From contig CAMDRT010000003.1 of assembly GCA_945906815.1 (NCBI GenBank), positions 82,766 through 146,765 on the forward strand: a stretch of DNA of 64,000 nt, written 5' to 3'. This document shows, in pieces, positions 54,438 to 63,646 of this stretch. The first letter of the stretch is position 1, and every line of letters starts with the position of its first letter. This DNA is from Bordetella parapertussis (lineage in GTDB: Bacteria; Pseudomonadota; Gammaproteobacteria; Burkholderiales; SG8-41). The notes under the pieces are model-generated. The model was not told the origin of the DNA, did not search any database, and saw only the letters and a list, made by a program, of their open reading frames with translations. Both the position numbers and the translations under genes were made by a program.

Positions 54438-54932
54438 ATGAGACTGTTCTTGCGCCTTGCACCCTTGCTGCTGATTAGCGCTGCGCTTGCGAGTTGCGCC
54501 GTGCCTGGCGCCATCGTGCCTAACCAAACCAGCGCCGATGCATTATTGAAAAAACTCGGCACACCGACAGATACGCGCTACGACCCACAGGGCGGCGAGT
54601 TGTGGGAATACGCGTATGGCCCGGAAGGCACTGAGACCTGGCTGTTCGGCATCGACCGTGCCCGCATGGTACGCAGTGCCACGCAATTGCTGACGCCGGA
54701 ACGCCTGTATCAGGTGGTCCCCGGCGTCACCACGCAGGCACAGGTGATTGCGTTGCTCGGCAAGCCGCGCCTGGTCACGCAGTTCCGCGAGGAAAGCGCC
54801 TGGGAATGGCGCGTCAATTTGCGTCCCACCCTGGGTGTGTATGTGGTGCGTTTTGGTGCGAACGGGCTCGCCACAGGGGTTAACGTGTTGATGGATCGTT
54901 CCACGGATTCCAACGACAGAGGCGAAAAGTAA
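54438..54932 (+). CDS. lipoprotein, BamE/SmpA-OmlA-like
   Basis: Lipobox LLLISAALASC. Two LGxP...-type repeats (LLKKLGTPT, VIALLGKPRLV) typical of SmpA/OmlA domains. 164 aa. Confidence 0.6.
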   Translation: MRLFLRLAPLLLISAALASCAVPGAIVPNQTSADALLKKLGTPTDTRYDPQGGELWEYAYGPEGTETWLFGIDRARMVRSATQLLTPERLYQVVPGVTTQAQVIALLGKPRLVTQFREESAWEWRVNLRPTLGVYVVRFGANGLATGVNVLMDRSTDSNDRGEK

Positions 54933-54991
54933 ATGTCGAATTCGACCCAGTTGCATTCTGCCAACCCAACGCCACCCGAGAGGAGTAATCG

Positions 54992-55954
54992 ATGCGTTAC
55001 CTGCTGATCGCCGCCGCGTCCTGCGCAATCGCCATGGCGGTTGCGCCGCTCACCGCACAAAGCCAGCCGGCATATCCGGTGAAAAACATACGCGTGATCG
55101 TGCCGTCACCGACGGGCGGGCCGAGCGACATCGTGGCGCGACTGCTGGGCGACAAGCTCACGCAAGCGCTCGGTAAACAAGTGGTGATCGACAATCGCAC
55201 CGGCGCCTCGCAGATCATAGGCTCGCACCTGGTGGCGAAAGCCGAGCCCGATGGTTACACGCTGTTGCAAGCGGCGGCCAATATGTCGATCAATCCGATC
55301 ACGGTGCCGGACCTGCCGTACGATGCGGTCAAGGATTTTGCGCCGGTGTCGATGACGCACATCACGCCGTACGTGTTTCTGGTGAGCGCGCAGTCACCGC
55401 TCAGATCGCTACCGGAGTTGTTGAAATTCATCAAGGCCAATCCCCAAAAAATTACGTACGGCGCCACCGGACCGGGCAGCCCGCATCAATTGGCCACGCT
55501 GTTGATGGCGCAGATCTCCGGCGGACTGCCGGGTATGACAGAAGTGGTGTACAAGGGCAGTACGCCCGCGCACCCTGACCTGATCGCGAACCGCATCACC
55601 TTCATGATTGATCCGCTGGCTGCCGCGTCGCCGCATATCAGAGGCGGGCTGCTGCGCGCGCTGGCGGTCAGCACAGCGCAACGTAACCCGTCGTTTCCGG
55701 AGGTGCCCGCGGCAGCCGAAGCCGGCTTGCCGGGCTATGACTTTGCCAGCTGGGGTGGTGTGTTCGCGCCTGCCGGCACGCCGCGCGCCGTGGTGCAGAA
55801 ACTCAATGCCGAAATCGGCGCGGCACTGGCACTGCCGGATATCCGCAAGCGCTTCGGTGACATGGGTCTGGTGACGAAGCACAGCACGCCAGAAGAATTT
55901 GGAAAATTCCTGCAATCGGAAATTGCACGCTGGCGCGCGTTGCTGGCGAAGTAG
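54992..55954 (+). CDS. Bug/TctC-family substrate-binding protein
   Basis: YPVKNIRVIVPSPTGGPSDIVARLL and PDGYTLL. 320 aa. Confidence 0.9.
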   Translation: MRYLLIAAASCAIAMAVAPLTAQSQPAYPVKNIRVIVPSPTGGPSDIVARLLGDKLTQALGKQVVIDNRTGASQIIGSHLVAKAEPDGYTLLQAAANMSINPITVPDLPYDAVKDFAPVSMTHITPYVFLVSAQSPLRSLPELLKFIKANPQKITYGATGPGSPHQLATLLMAQISGGLPGMTEVVYKGSTPAHPDLIANRITFMIDPLAAASPHIRGGLLRALAVSTAQRNPSFPEVPAAAEAGLPGYDFASWGGVFAPAGTPRAVVQKLNAEIGAALALPDIRKRFGDMGLVTKHSTPEEFGKFLQSEIARWRALLAK

Positions 55955-55982
55955 CCGTAAGCGGGCGTAGCCCACCCAAGCA

Positions 55983-56831
55983 TCAGACAGGAACGGTGCC
56001 GCCAACCGTAATGCGATGCATCATCCGTCGTTGCTGTGGCCACTGGTAGTTGAGCGACGCCAGATGTTGCAGCGCGCAGTTGTCCCACAGCAGCAGGTCG
56101 TGCACGCGCCAGTGGTGGGTATGGTGAAAACGAGGAGCTATGGTGTGGTCGGCCAACGTGTCGATCAGCGCGAGCGCCTCGTCCGCCGGCATGCCTACTA
56201 TGCCTACACATTCCCCCTTGCTCACGTACAGGCACTTGCGTGCGGTGTGCGGATGTGTGCGGACCAGCGGATGCACTACCGCCGGCTGCAGTCTGCGCAG
56301 GGCCTGATCCTCCTGCCCGGTGCCGGTGCGCGCGCGGCGGCCCGCGACCTGATGCATGACCTGCAGCGGGGCGATACGTTTCTGCAGGTGCGCTGGCAGC
56401 GCATCATAGGCATCGGCAGCGCTTGAAAACAGCGTAGCGCCCAGCGCGACGCCGTTTTCCACCGGTATTTCAAGCGCATAGAGCAGCGTCGCGCGCGGCG
56501 GCCGCGCGGTGTATGACATGTCCGTGTGCCACACACGGCCGGCGTCGGCATGTCCGATGTCGCGGCCATTTTCCCTGATGTTCGACACGTACATGATTTC
56601 GGGAAACTGCGGGTGTGCATAACGTGTGAGAAAAATTTTCTCCACGTCGCCAAAACGCCGTGCAAACGCGATCAATTGCGCTTCGTTAAGCTGCTGTTGC
56701 GGGAAGCACACCACTGCATGTGTGTTGAAGGCCGCCTCGATGCGGCTGAACACGGCGTCCGCCAACGGCTGCGCGAGATCCACACCCTGAATCTCGGCAC
56801 CTATGACATCCGGCGACGGTACGATTTGCAT
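55983..56831 (-). CDS. TauD/TfdA-family Fe(II)/2-oxoglutarate dioxygenase
   Basis: MQIVPSPDVIGAEIQGVDL, WHTDMSY, LLWDNCALQHLA. The track ORF begins 42 nt upstream. Confidence 0.9.
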   Translation of the reverse strand: MQIVPSPDVIGAEIQGVDLAQPLADAVFSRIEAAFNTHAVVCFPQQQLNEAQLIAFARRFGDVEKIFLTRYAHPQFPEIMYVSNIRENGRDIGHADAGRVWHTDMSYTARPPRATLLYALEIPVENGVALGATLFSSAADAYDALPAHLQKRIAPLQVMHQVAGRRARTGTGQEDQALRRLQPAVVHPLVRTHPHTARKCLYVSKGECVGIVGMPADEALALIDTLADHTIAPRFHHTHHWRVHDLLLWDNCALQHLASLNYQWPQQRRMMHRITVGGTVPV

Positions 56832-57034
56832 GGCAGCAGTCCTGTTGCGCGGGGTTTGCGGGGTTGCGGTCATTATAGGGGATGGCGACTTTGCCTTACC
56901 GCGCTTGCAACGCGCAATCCTGCCCGCAATTAGCGGTCGCCGAATTTGTGCGAAACTTGCGGCTAACGGCCGGCACGCCTGGCCCGGTGAAACCTCATTT
57001 AATCAGCAGTATTCCTATGTAAGGGTAACCAACA

Positions 57035-58231
57035 ATGAATGCAACGACGCAACGCCGCGGCCCCTTGGCGCGATTTCGTGTGATCGATCTGACGCGTGTG
57101 CGCTCCGGCCCTACGTGCGTGCGCCAGCTGGCCGATTGGGGCGCGGATGTGATCAAGATCGAAACCCCGCCGGGGCTTAACCTGCCCGATGCCTGGGGCG
57201 GTTCGCGCAACGGCGCGGATTTCCAGAACCTGCATCGGAACAAGCGCGGTTTCACGCTTAACCTCAAAGACGCCGATGGCCTGAAGATTTTCAAGCAGTT
57301 GGTCGAGCGCTCGGATGTGGTGGCCGAGAACTATCGCCCCGATGTGAAATTCCGTCTCGGCATCGATTATGAATCGCTGAAAAAGGTGAACCCGAAAATT
57401 GTTCTCGCCAGTATTTCGGGTTTCGGTCAGAGCGGCCCTTATGTGAAGCGCCCGGGCTTTGATCAGGTGACCCAGGGCATGGGCGGATTGATGGCGATTA
57501 CCGGCGAGCCGGGCCACGGCCCGATGCGCGCGGGCTGCGCGGTGTCGGATTCCGCGGCGGGCCTGTATTGCGCGCTGGGCGTGTTGACGGCGCTGCTGGA
57601 GCGTGAGGAATCTGGCGAGGGCCAGTGGGTGGAGGTGTCGCTGCTCAACGCGATGATTGCGCTGCTGGATTTTCAGGCGGCACGCTGGACCATCGATCAC
57701 GAGGTGCCGGAACAAGCAGGCAATGATCATCCGACGTCGATCCCCACCGGCGTGTTCCAGACCGCCGACGGTTACATGAACATCGCCGCCGGCGGCAACG
57801 AGATGTATGCGCGGCTGTGCAGGGCGCTGGGCATCGAACATTTAATCGACGAGCCCGATTACAAGGACAGCAAGGCGCGCTCAAAAAACCGCGTGGCGCT
57901 TAACCAAGCGTTGCAGGCAGCGATGATCAAGCACAGCAGCGCCCATTGGTCGGCGCGTTTTGAGGAAGGCGGAGTGGCCGGCGGGCCGATTTACAAAATG
58001 GATGAAGTGTTCGCCGATCCGCAGGTACAGCACAACGGCATGGCGGCGCCGATTCATCATCCACAGCTCGGCGACATCGGGTTGGTCAATCAGCCGGTGC
58101 GCTTGTCGCGCACGCCGAATGAGATCCGCAGCGTCACACCGGATTGCGGCGCGCATACCGATGAAATTCTGCATGAGCTCGGGTATCAGGACGGGCAGAT
58201 AGCGGATTTGCGCAAGCGCTGCGTGGTGTAG
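57035..58231 (+). CDS. CaiB/BaiF family-III CoA-transferase
   Basis: LARFRVIDLTRVRSGPTCVRQLADWGADVIKIE and ENYRPD. 398 aa. Confidence 0.9.
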   Translation: MNATTQRRGPLARFRVIDLTRVRSGPTCVRQLADWGADVIKIETPPGLNLPDAWGGSRNGADFQNLHRNKRGFTLNLKDADGLKIFKQLVERSDVVAENYRPDVKFRLGIDYESLKKVNPKIVLASISGFGQSGPYVKRPGFDQVTQGMGGLMAITGEPGHGPMRAGCAVSDSAAGLYCALGVLTALLEREESGEGQWVEVSLLNAMIALLDFQAARWTIDHEVPEQAGNDHPTSIPTGVFQTADGYMNIAAGGNEMYARLCRALGIEHLIDEPDYKDSKARSKNRVALNQALQAAMIKHSSAHWSARFEEGGVAGGPIYKMDEVFADPQVQHNGMAAPIHHPQLGDIGLVNQPVRLSRTPNEIRSVTPDCGAHTDEILHELGYQDGQIADLRKRCVV

Positions 58232-58263
58232 CCGTTTGCTGCTTTTATTGACCTGATCGGCAA

Positions 58264-58395
58264 CATCTTAAGGACGATGTACCACGGAACACACGGAATA
58301 CGCGGAAAGTATAAGGGTGAGGAACTTTTCCGTGTGTTCCGCGTTTTCCGTGGTTAATGGTATTGAGTTGCGCCGTTGCAGTAGGCGCATTGCGC
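58264..58395 (-). repeat. hairpin element, right copy (inverted relative to 54055-54183)
   Basis: The reverse complement aligns over about 130 bp to the left copy. This includes an identical 29-mer, tttccgcgtattccgtgtgttccgtggta, and the tail cAtcgTccttaagat. Confidence 0.8.
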
Positions 58396-58466
58396 ATGCA
58401 TCGCCCCTTAGCCAGTGAACGCCGCACACCGTAGACACGCTTACGATAGTGTCATTGGTATCTGAC

Positions 58467-59822
58467 ATGTCTGCCAGTACTGCGGAGCATCGCCGATCGC
58501 GGCTGCTGAGCGCGCCGCTGTTGCCCACGCTGTTTGCCCTGGCCGCACCCAATGTGCTGCTGGCGCTGATGCAGGCGCTGGTGAGTTTTGCGGATGCTTA
58601 TTTTACCGGCAGAGTGGGTACCGAAGGTCTCGCCGGTGTGGCGCTGGTGTTTCCGATTCTGATGCTGATGCAGATGATGTCGGCAGGCGCTATGGGCGGC
58701 GGCGTATCTTCCGCCGTCGCACGCGCTTTGGGCGCGGGTGATGTTGCGCGTGCGGAGCGGTTGGCTTGGCATGCCGTGGTAATCGCCATCGCTTTCGGCC
58801 TGTTGTTCACGATGGTCATGATTTTTGCGGGCCCCGCTTTGTATCGATTACTCGGCGGTAGTGGTGCGGCGTTGGCTTACGCGATGGAGTACTCGAGCAT
58901 CGTATTCGGCGGCGCACTGAGCGTGTGGCTGTGCAATATTCTCGCCAATATTGTTCGCGGCACCGGCAACATGGCGGTACCTGCGATTATTTTGAGCGTC
59001 ACCGCGTTGTTGCAGATACCGCTGTGCGGCGCGCTGGTGTTGGGTTGGGGGCCGTTTCCGCAACTGGGGATCGCGGGCGCTGCCATCGCGACCGTGTGTT
59101 CGTTTGCTACGGGTGCGCTGTGTTTCGCAGGCTATTTGCTTACAGGGCATGCCGGCCTGAATGTCCGGCGCAGCGGCATAACATTCAGCGCGCGTTTGTT
59201 TACGGACATTCTGAAAGTGGGATTGCTGTCATCGTTCAACGCCCTGCAGGTCATTGCCGCCGCGATCATCGTTACCGGTATGGTAGGCACCTTTGGCACT
59301 GCGGCACTTGCGGGCTACGGTTTGGGGGTGCGCCTGGAGTTGCTGCAAATACCGGTGGTGTTTGCGATGGGTTCGGCGCTGGTGGTCATGGTAGGCACCT
59401 GCATCGGCGCCGGCGACGTGCAACGCGCACGCCGCATCGCGTGGTCGGGCGCCGCGCTGGCGGCAGGCGTCACCGGCAGTGTGGGGCTGGTGGTGGCACT
59501 GTGGCCCGGCTTGTGGGCGGGATTGTTCAGCAGCGACGCCGCCGTGCTGGACGCGGCCTACGCCTATCTGCGCATCGCCGGAGGGTGTTACGCCTTCTTC
59601 GGTGCGGGCATTGCGCTTTATTTCGCTTCGCAGGGCGCGGGCAAAATGCTGTGGCCGGTGCTGGCGGGCAGCGCACGCTTTTTGATCGCGGTGGTCGGCG
59701 GTCTGGTGGTGTTGCGCTATTTCAACGGGACGCTGACAGCTTTGTTTGCGGTGATCGGCTTCGCCATGATTGTCTACGGGCTGGGCTCGATGGCGGCGGT
59801 TAAGTGGGGACGCTGGAAATAA
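58467..59822 (+). CDS. MATE-family efflux transporter
   Basis: 12-TMS protein. DAYFTGRVGTEGLAGVALVFPILMLMQMMSAGAMGGGVSSAVARALGAGD is NorM-like. An alternative GTG lies at 58449. Confidence 0.85.
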   Translation: MSASTAEHRRSRLLSAPLLPTLFALAAPNVLLALMQALVSFADAYFTGRVGTEGLAGVALVFPILMLMQMMSAGAMGGGVSSAVARALGAGDVARAERLAWHAVVIAIAFGLLFTMVMIFAGPALYRLLGGSGAALAYAMEYSSIVFGGALSVWLCNILANIVRGTGNMAVPAIILSVTALLQIPLCGALVLGWGPFPQLGIAGAAIATVCSFATGALCFAGYLLTGHAGLNVRRSGITFSARLFTDILKVGLLSSFNALQVIAAAIIVTGMVGTFGTAALAGYGLGVRLELLQIPVVFAMGSALVVMVGTCIGAGDVQRARRIAWSGAALAAGVTGSVGLVVALWPGLWAGLFSSDAAVLDAAYAYLRIAGGCYAFFGAGIALYFASQGAGKMLWPVLAGSARFLIAVVGGLVVLRYFNGTLTALFAVIGFAMIVYGLGSMAAVKWGRWK

Positions 59823-59918
59823 GCGCATCGCCGAGTGATGCATAACGCAGTCGGCACGCACAACCGGCCGCGCGTTTATACTCCAGCCATTCCGGTCTCG
59901 TCACCTAAGGAGCACCAC

Positions 59919-60821
59919 ATGCCCGCCGCAAACGATCTGCCTGAAGTCCTCGAAACCACCGCAGCGGTACGTGTCGCCAGCGGCTTCGTTTTTACCGAAG
60001 GGCCGCTGTGGCATCCCGATGACTATTGGTATTTCGTCGATCTGCGCCCGAACCGGCTGCACCGTATCAAGCTCGGGCAAAAGCCGGAACTGGTGCGTAT
60101 TACCGAGGGCGGCAACGGTACCACGTTTGATTTGCAGGGCCGCCTGATCGTATGCGAGGGCGATGCCCGGCGTGTCACGCGCACCGACGCCAGCGGCAAA
60201 GTGGAAGCGCTGGCGGACAACTACAAGGGCGGTCGCTTTAACCGCCCCAACGATGTGGTGTGCCACTCGAACGGCAGCATTTATTTTACCGATCCGGACA
60301 AACGCCGCCCCTACCACGAGCGCGAAATTCCCGGACGTGACGGCGACCACAATCTGTGGGATGGCGCTGGCGTGTATTGCGTATCCACGGACGGCAGCGT
60401 CCGCCGCATCGCGCATTGTGAATATCCGAATGGCCTGGCGTTGTCGCCCGATGAACGCACGCTGTATGTGGCGAACACGCGCTCATCGAAATACATCCAC
60501 GCCATCACGCTCGACGCCGCCGGCAATATGACGGGGCGCAGTATATTCGCCGATCTGAACGAAGGCACGGAGCCGGGCATCCCCGATGGCCTGAAAGTCG
60601 ATAGCATCGGCCGTGTGTATTGCACCGGGCCGGGCGGCATCTGGGTGATGACACCCGACGGCAAGCGCGTGGGCATCATCCAGTTTCCGGAGCAGTCGGT
60701 GAATTTCGCTTTTGGCGGGCCGGATATGCGCACCTTGTTCTGTTGCGCGCACACGTCGGTATATACGCTGCGCGTGAAGGTGCCGGGCAACCCGCATCCC
60801 TGGTATAAGTTACGCCAGTGA
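59919..60821 (+). CDS. SMP-30/gluconolactonase/LRE-family protein
   Basis: AAGGAG RBS. FTEGPLWHPDD, RFNRPNDVVCHSNGSIYFTDP, PNGLALSPDERTLYVANT, PDGLKVDSIGRVYCTG. Confidence 0.9.
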   Translation: MPAANDLPEVLETTAAVRVASGFVFTEGPLWHPDDYWYFVDLRPNRLHRIKLGQKPELVRITEGGNGTTFDLQGRLIVCEGDARRVTRTDASGKVEALADNYKGGRFNRPNDVVCHSNGSIYFTDPDKRRPYHEREIPGRDGDHNLWDGAGVYCVSTDGSVRRIAHCEYPNGLALSPDERTLYVANTRSSKYIHAITLDAAGNMTGRSIFADLNEGTEPGIPDGLKVDSIGRVYCTGPGGIWVMTPDGKRVGIIQFPEQSVNFAFGGPDMRTLFCCAHTSVYTLRVKVPGNPHPWYKLRQ

Positions 60822-60876
60822 GTGCGGCGGCGGTGCGCACATGCCCCTGTCGCCGGCCTGCACCTGTTGACGAATC

Positions 60877-62424
60877 CTACATCACCACTTCGATCAAGTA
60901 CGGTCCTCTTTGCGCCATGGCATTGGTCAGTTGTTGGGTCAGCGCTTCGAGGTCATGCACCTGTGCGCTCGGTACACCCAGGCTTTTGGACAGCGCCGCG
61001 AAATCGATCGTCGGCCGATCCAGCGTCAGCATATCGATGGCGCGCGGACCGGGATTAGCCGCGCCGACACTGGCGAGTTGACTGTAAAGAATATTGTATG
61101 AGCGGTTGGAGAAGATCATCACGCAGATATCCAGGCCTTCCCGCGCCATGGTCCACAGGGATTGGATCGTATACATGGCACTGCCATCACCGATCATAGC
61201 GATCACTTTGCGATTGGGGCAAGCCACTGCCGCGCCCACCGCCACCGGTGTGCCAAAGCCGATAGAACCGCCCATGTTATTTAGCCAATCGTGGGGTGGC
61301 GCGCCCGCGCTGTAGGGAAAGAATCCACGGCCAGTGGTAACCGATTCGTCAACCACGATTGCGCCTTCGGGCATGGTGGCGCCCAGCGCCTGGCCCAGAC
61401 CTTCGAGCGTGAACTTGCCGCTCGGCCGCGCGGAGCGGCCGCTTTGTACCACACCAGCCGGTTTTTCGTTCAACGCGCCGAGTTCGGCAGCCAGGGCTTC
61501 GAGCGCGGCTAGCGGATCCCCTTCCACCGGGCACAGCGTGGTGGTCTCGCAGTCCGGCGGGGTCAGCACGCTGGGCTTGCCGGGGTAGGCGAAAAACGCC
61601 GCCGGCGGTTTGGCGCCGATCAGCACCATCTGCGTGACGCCCTTGAGCTGTTCCTGCGCGGTCTCGATCACGAAGTGCAGACGCAACGTCGCCACGCGTC
61701 CGGCGCCTCGCTCGATGCGCGCGGTGCCGCCTGCAGCCTGGACACGGCAACCGGTCCTGGCGGCGATCTTGCCGGCCAGTTCTAGGCCGCGCGCGCGCAA
61801 TGCCCTGCCACCCAGAAAGAGCATGGCCGAGTTGCCGAGCGTCAAGGCCTTGGCCGCGGCAACCACGGCATCGTTCTGTGGTTTCAGTGGGGCTGGTGTG
61901 TCCGGCGTGTCCGCGACGCCGTCGGCTTCACCCCACGCCGTGTCAGCCGGCAAGATGAGCGTTGCGATCTGGCCCGGTGCGACACGCGCGGCCTGGATCG
62001 CGAGCGCGCCGTCGGCGGCCACTGTCTTGGATGTCGGCGAGGTCTTCACCCAGTGCGAGAACGGCCGCGCAATGCCTTCAATATCGGCGGTCAGCGGCGT
62101 GTCGTACTGGATGTGATAGAGCGCGTGCTCGCCCACGATATTCACGATGCCCGACCCTGCTTTTTTCGCGTTGTGCAGATTCGCCGCGGCATTGGCAAGA
62201 CCAGGGCCCAGATGTAGCAGCGTTGAGGCGGGCCTATCCATCATACGATAGTAGCCGTCGGCTGCGCCGCTGCACACGCCCTCGAACAAGCCCAGCACGC
62301 AACGCATGCCTTCAACGCGGTCGAGTGCGCCAACGAAATGCATTTCCGAGGTGCCCGGATTGGCGAAGCACACCTCCACCCCGCCCTTCAACAACGTGCG
62401 AACCAGACTTTCTGCGCCGTTCAT
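60877..62424 (-). CDS. thiamine-pyrophosphate-dependent enzyme (acetolactate synthase large-subunit-like)
   Basis: 515 aa. MNGAESLVRTLLKGGVEVCFANPGTSEMHF N-terminal Pyr domain and the IGDGSAMYTIQSLWT TPP-binding motif. Confidence 0.85.
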   Translation of the reverse strand: MNGAESLVRTLLKGGVEVCFANPGTSEMHFVGALDRVEGMRCVLGLFEGVCSGAADGYYRMMDRPASTLLHLGPGLANAAANLHNAKKAGSGIVNIVGEHALYHIQYDTPLTADIEGIARPFSHWVKTSPTSKTVAADGALAIQAARVAPGQIATLILPADTAWGEADGVADTPDTPAPLKPQNDAVVAAAKALTLGNSAMLFLGGRALRARGLELAGKIAARTGCRVQAAGGTARIERGAGRVATLRLHFVIETAQEQLKGVTQMVLIGAKPPAAFFAYPGKPSVLTPPDCETTTLCPVEGDPLAALEALAAELGALNEKPAGVVQSGRSARPSGKFTLEGLGQALGATMPEGAIVVDESVTTGRGFFPYSAGAPPHDWLNNMGGSIGFGTPVAVGAAVACPNRKVIAMIGDGSAMYTIQSLWTMAREGLDICVMIFSNRSYNILYSQLASVGAANPGPRAIDMLTLDRPTIDFAALSKSLGVPSAQVHDLEALTQQLTNAMAQRGPYLIEVVM

Positions 62425-62596
62425 GGATGCCCCCTTTGATAGTTATCCATCATTATACGGCGGCGTCATCGGCCCCAAGCCGGGCGCATCAGCACTGATC
62501 TTTGAAAACGCTGCGCCGGTTGACTTCAGCCGGATCGCACGCCTACTCGGCAGCGGCCTTGCGCCGTGATGTGAGCTGCCGCCGCTCTCCGGCGCA

Positions 62597-63607
62597 TTAC
62601 TGTTGCGGGATTTTGGCGTCCTTGATCACCTGCGCCCAGCGCGCGATCTCTGCGCGGATGAACTGCTCGAAATCTTCGCGGCTGGTCGGCGCGGCGCCCA
62701 TTACCAATTCGTCCAGCCGCTGCCGGACATCGGGCATACTTAATACCGTGTTGAGGTCGGCATGCAGCTTGTCGAGCACCGCTGCGGGTGTGGCGGCCGG
62801 CGCGCACACGCCGTACCACGACTGCACGTCGTAGCCAGGATAGCCTGCCTCCTGCATCGTTGGCACTGCGGAAAGCTGGGTGGCGCGATGGGCGCTGGTG
62901 ACTGCGAGCGCGCGCAGGCGTCCCGCTTGAACCGGCGCCACCATGGCGGGGAAATTCGAAATATTGAACGGCACCTGACCGCCGATGGTGTCGGTGATCC
63001 CCTGCGCGCCGATCTTGTACGGGATATGCACGATGTCGATCTTCGCCACCAATTGCAGCAGCTCCATCGACAACTGCGGCGAGGTGCCCACCAAACCGGC
63101 GGAGTAGCTCAGTTTGCCGGGGTGGGCTTTGGCATAGCCGATGAACGCCTTGATCGAGTGTATGGGCATCGACGGATGAACGGTCAGGAGGTTGGGCGTC
63201 ATGCCAATACGCGTGACCGCTGCCAGATCGCGCAACTGCTCGTACGGCAGCTTCGCGAATAGCGACATGGCGATTGCGCTCGAAGCAATATTGCATTGGA
63301 CCAGCGTGTGCCCATCGGGTGCCGATTTGGCGACGAACGCTGTGCCGAGCACACCGGCGGCGCCCACCCGGTTATCGACGATGACCTGCTGGCCCCACAG
63401 CCGGGTGAGACGGTCGGCGAGTAAACGGCCCACGATGTCGGGCGAGGCGCCCGCACCAAACGGCACGACATACCGTACCAGCTTATTCGGAAAACCGGGT
63501 GCGGATCCTGTCGCAGATGTCTGCGCCCATGACGCGAACGGGCATAGCCACAGCGCGCTCGCAATTAAGATGATCACCCCTCGACGTGCTTGGATAAGAA
63601 AGCGCAT
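62597..63607 (-). CDS. Bug/TctC-family substrate-binding protein
   Basis: FPNKLVRYVVPFGAGASPDIVGRLL and PDGHTLV. The track ORF begins 21 nt upstream. Confidence 0.9.
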   Translation of the reverse strand: MRFLIQARRGVIILIASALWLCPFASWAQTSATGSAPGFPNKLVRYVVPFGAGASPDIVGRLLADRLTRLWGQQVIVDNRVGAAGVLGTAFVAKSAPDGHTLVQCNIASSAIAMSLFAKLPYEQLRDLAAVTRIGMTPNLLTVHPSMPIHSIKAFIGYAKAHPGKLSYSAGLVGTSPQLSMELLQLVAKIDIVHIPYKIGAQGITDTIGGQVPFNISNFPAMVAPVQAGRLRALAVTSAHRATQLSAVPTMQEAGYPGYDVQSWYGVCAPAATPAAVLDKLHADLNTVLSMPDVRQRLDELVMGAAPTSREDFEQFIRAEIARWAQVIKDAKIPQQ

Positions 63608-63646
63608 CACAGCTCCTCCTTCAGGCATAGGCCAGCGTATGAGAAT

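Noticed and set aside
54065-54562. Track ORFs crossing the hairpin repeats: 54065..54562(-), 53985..54185(+), 54091..54354(-), 58245..58427(-), with peptide strings such as FRVFRVFRG and HGTHGTHG.
   Set aside because: They are translations of tandem 9-mer repeats and hairpin arms. They have no RBS or coding bias and are treated as repeat artefacts.
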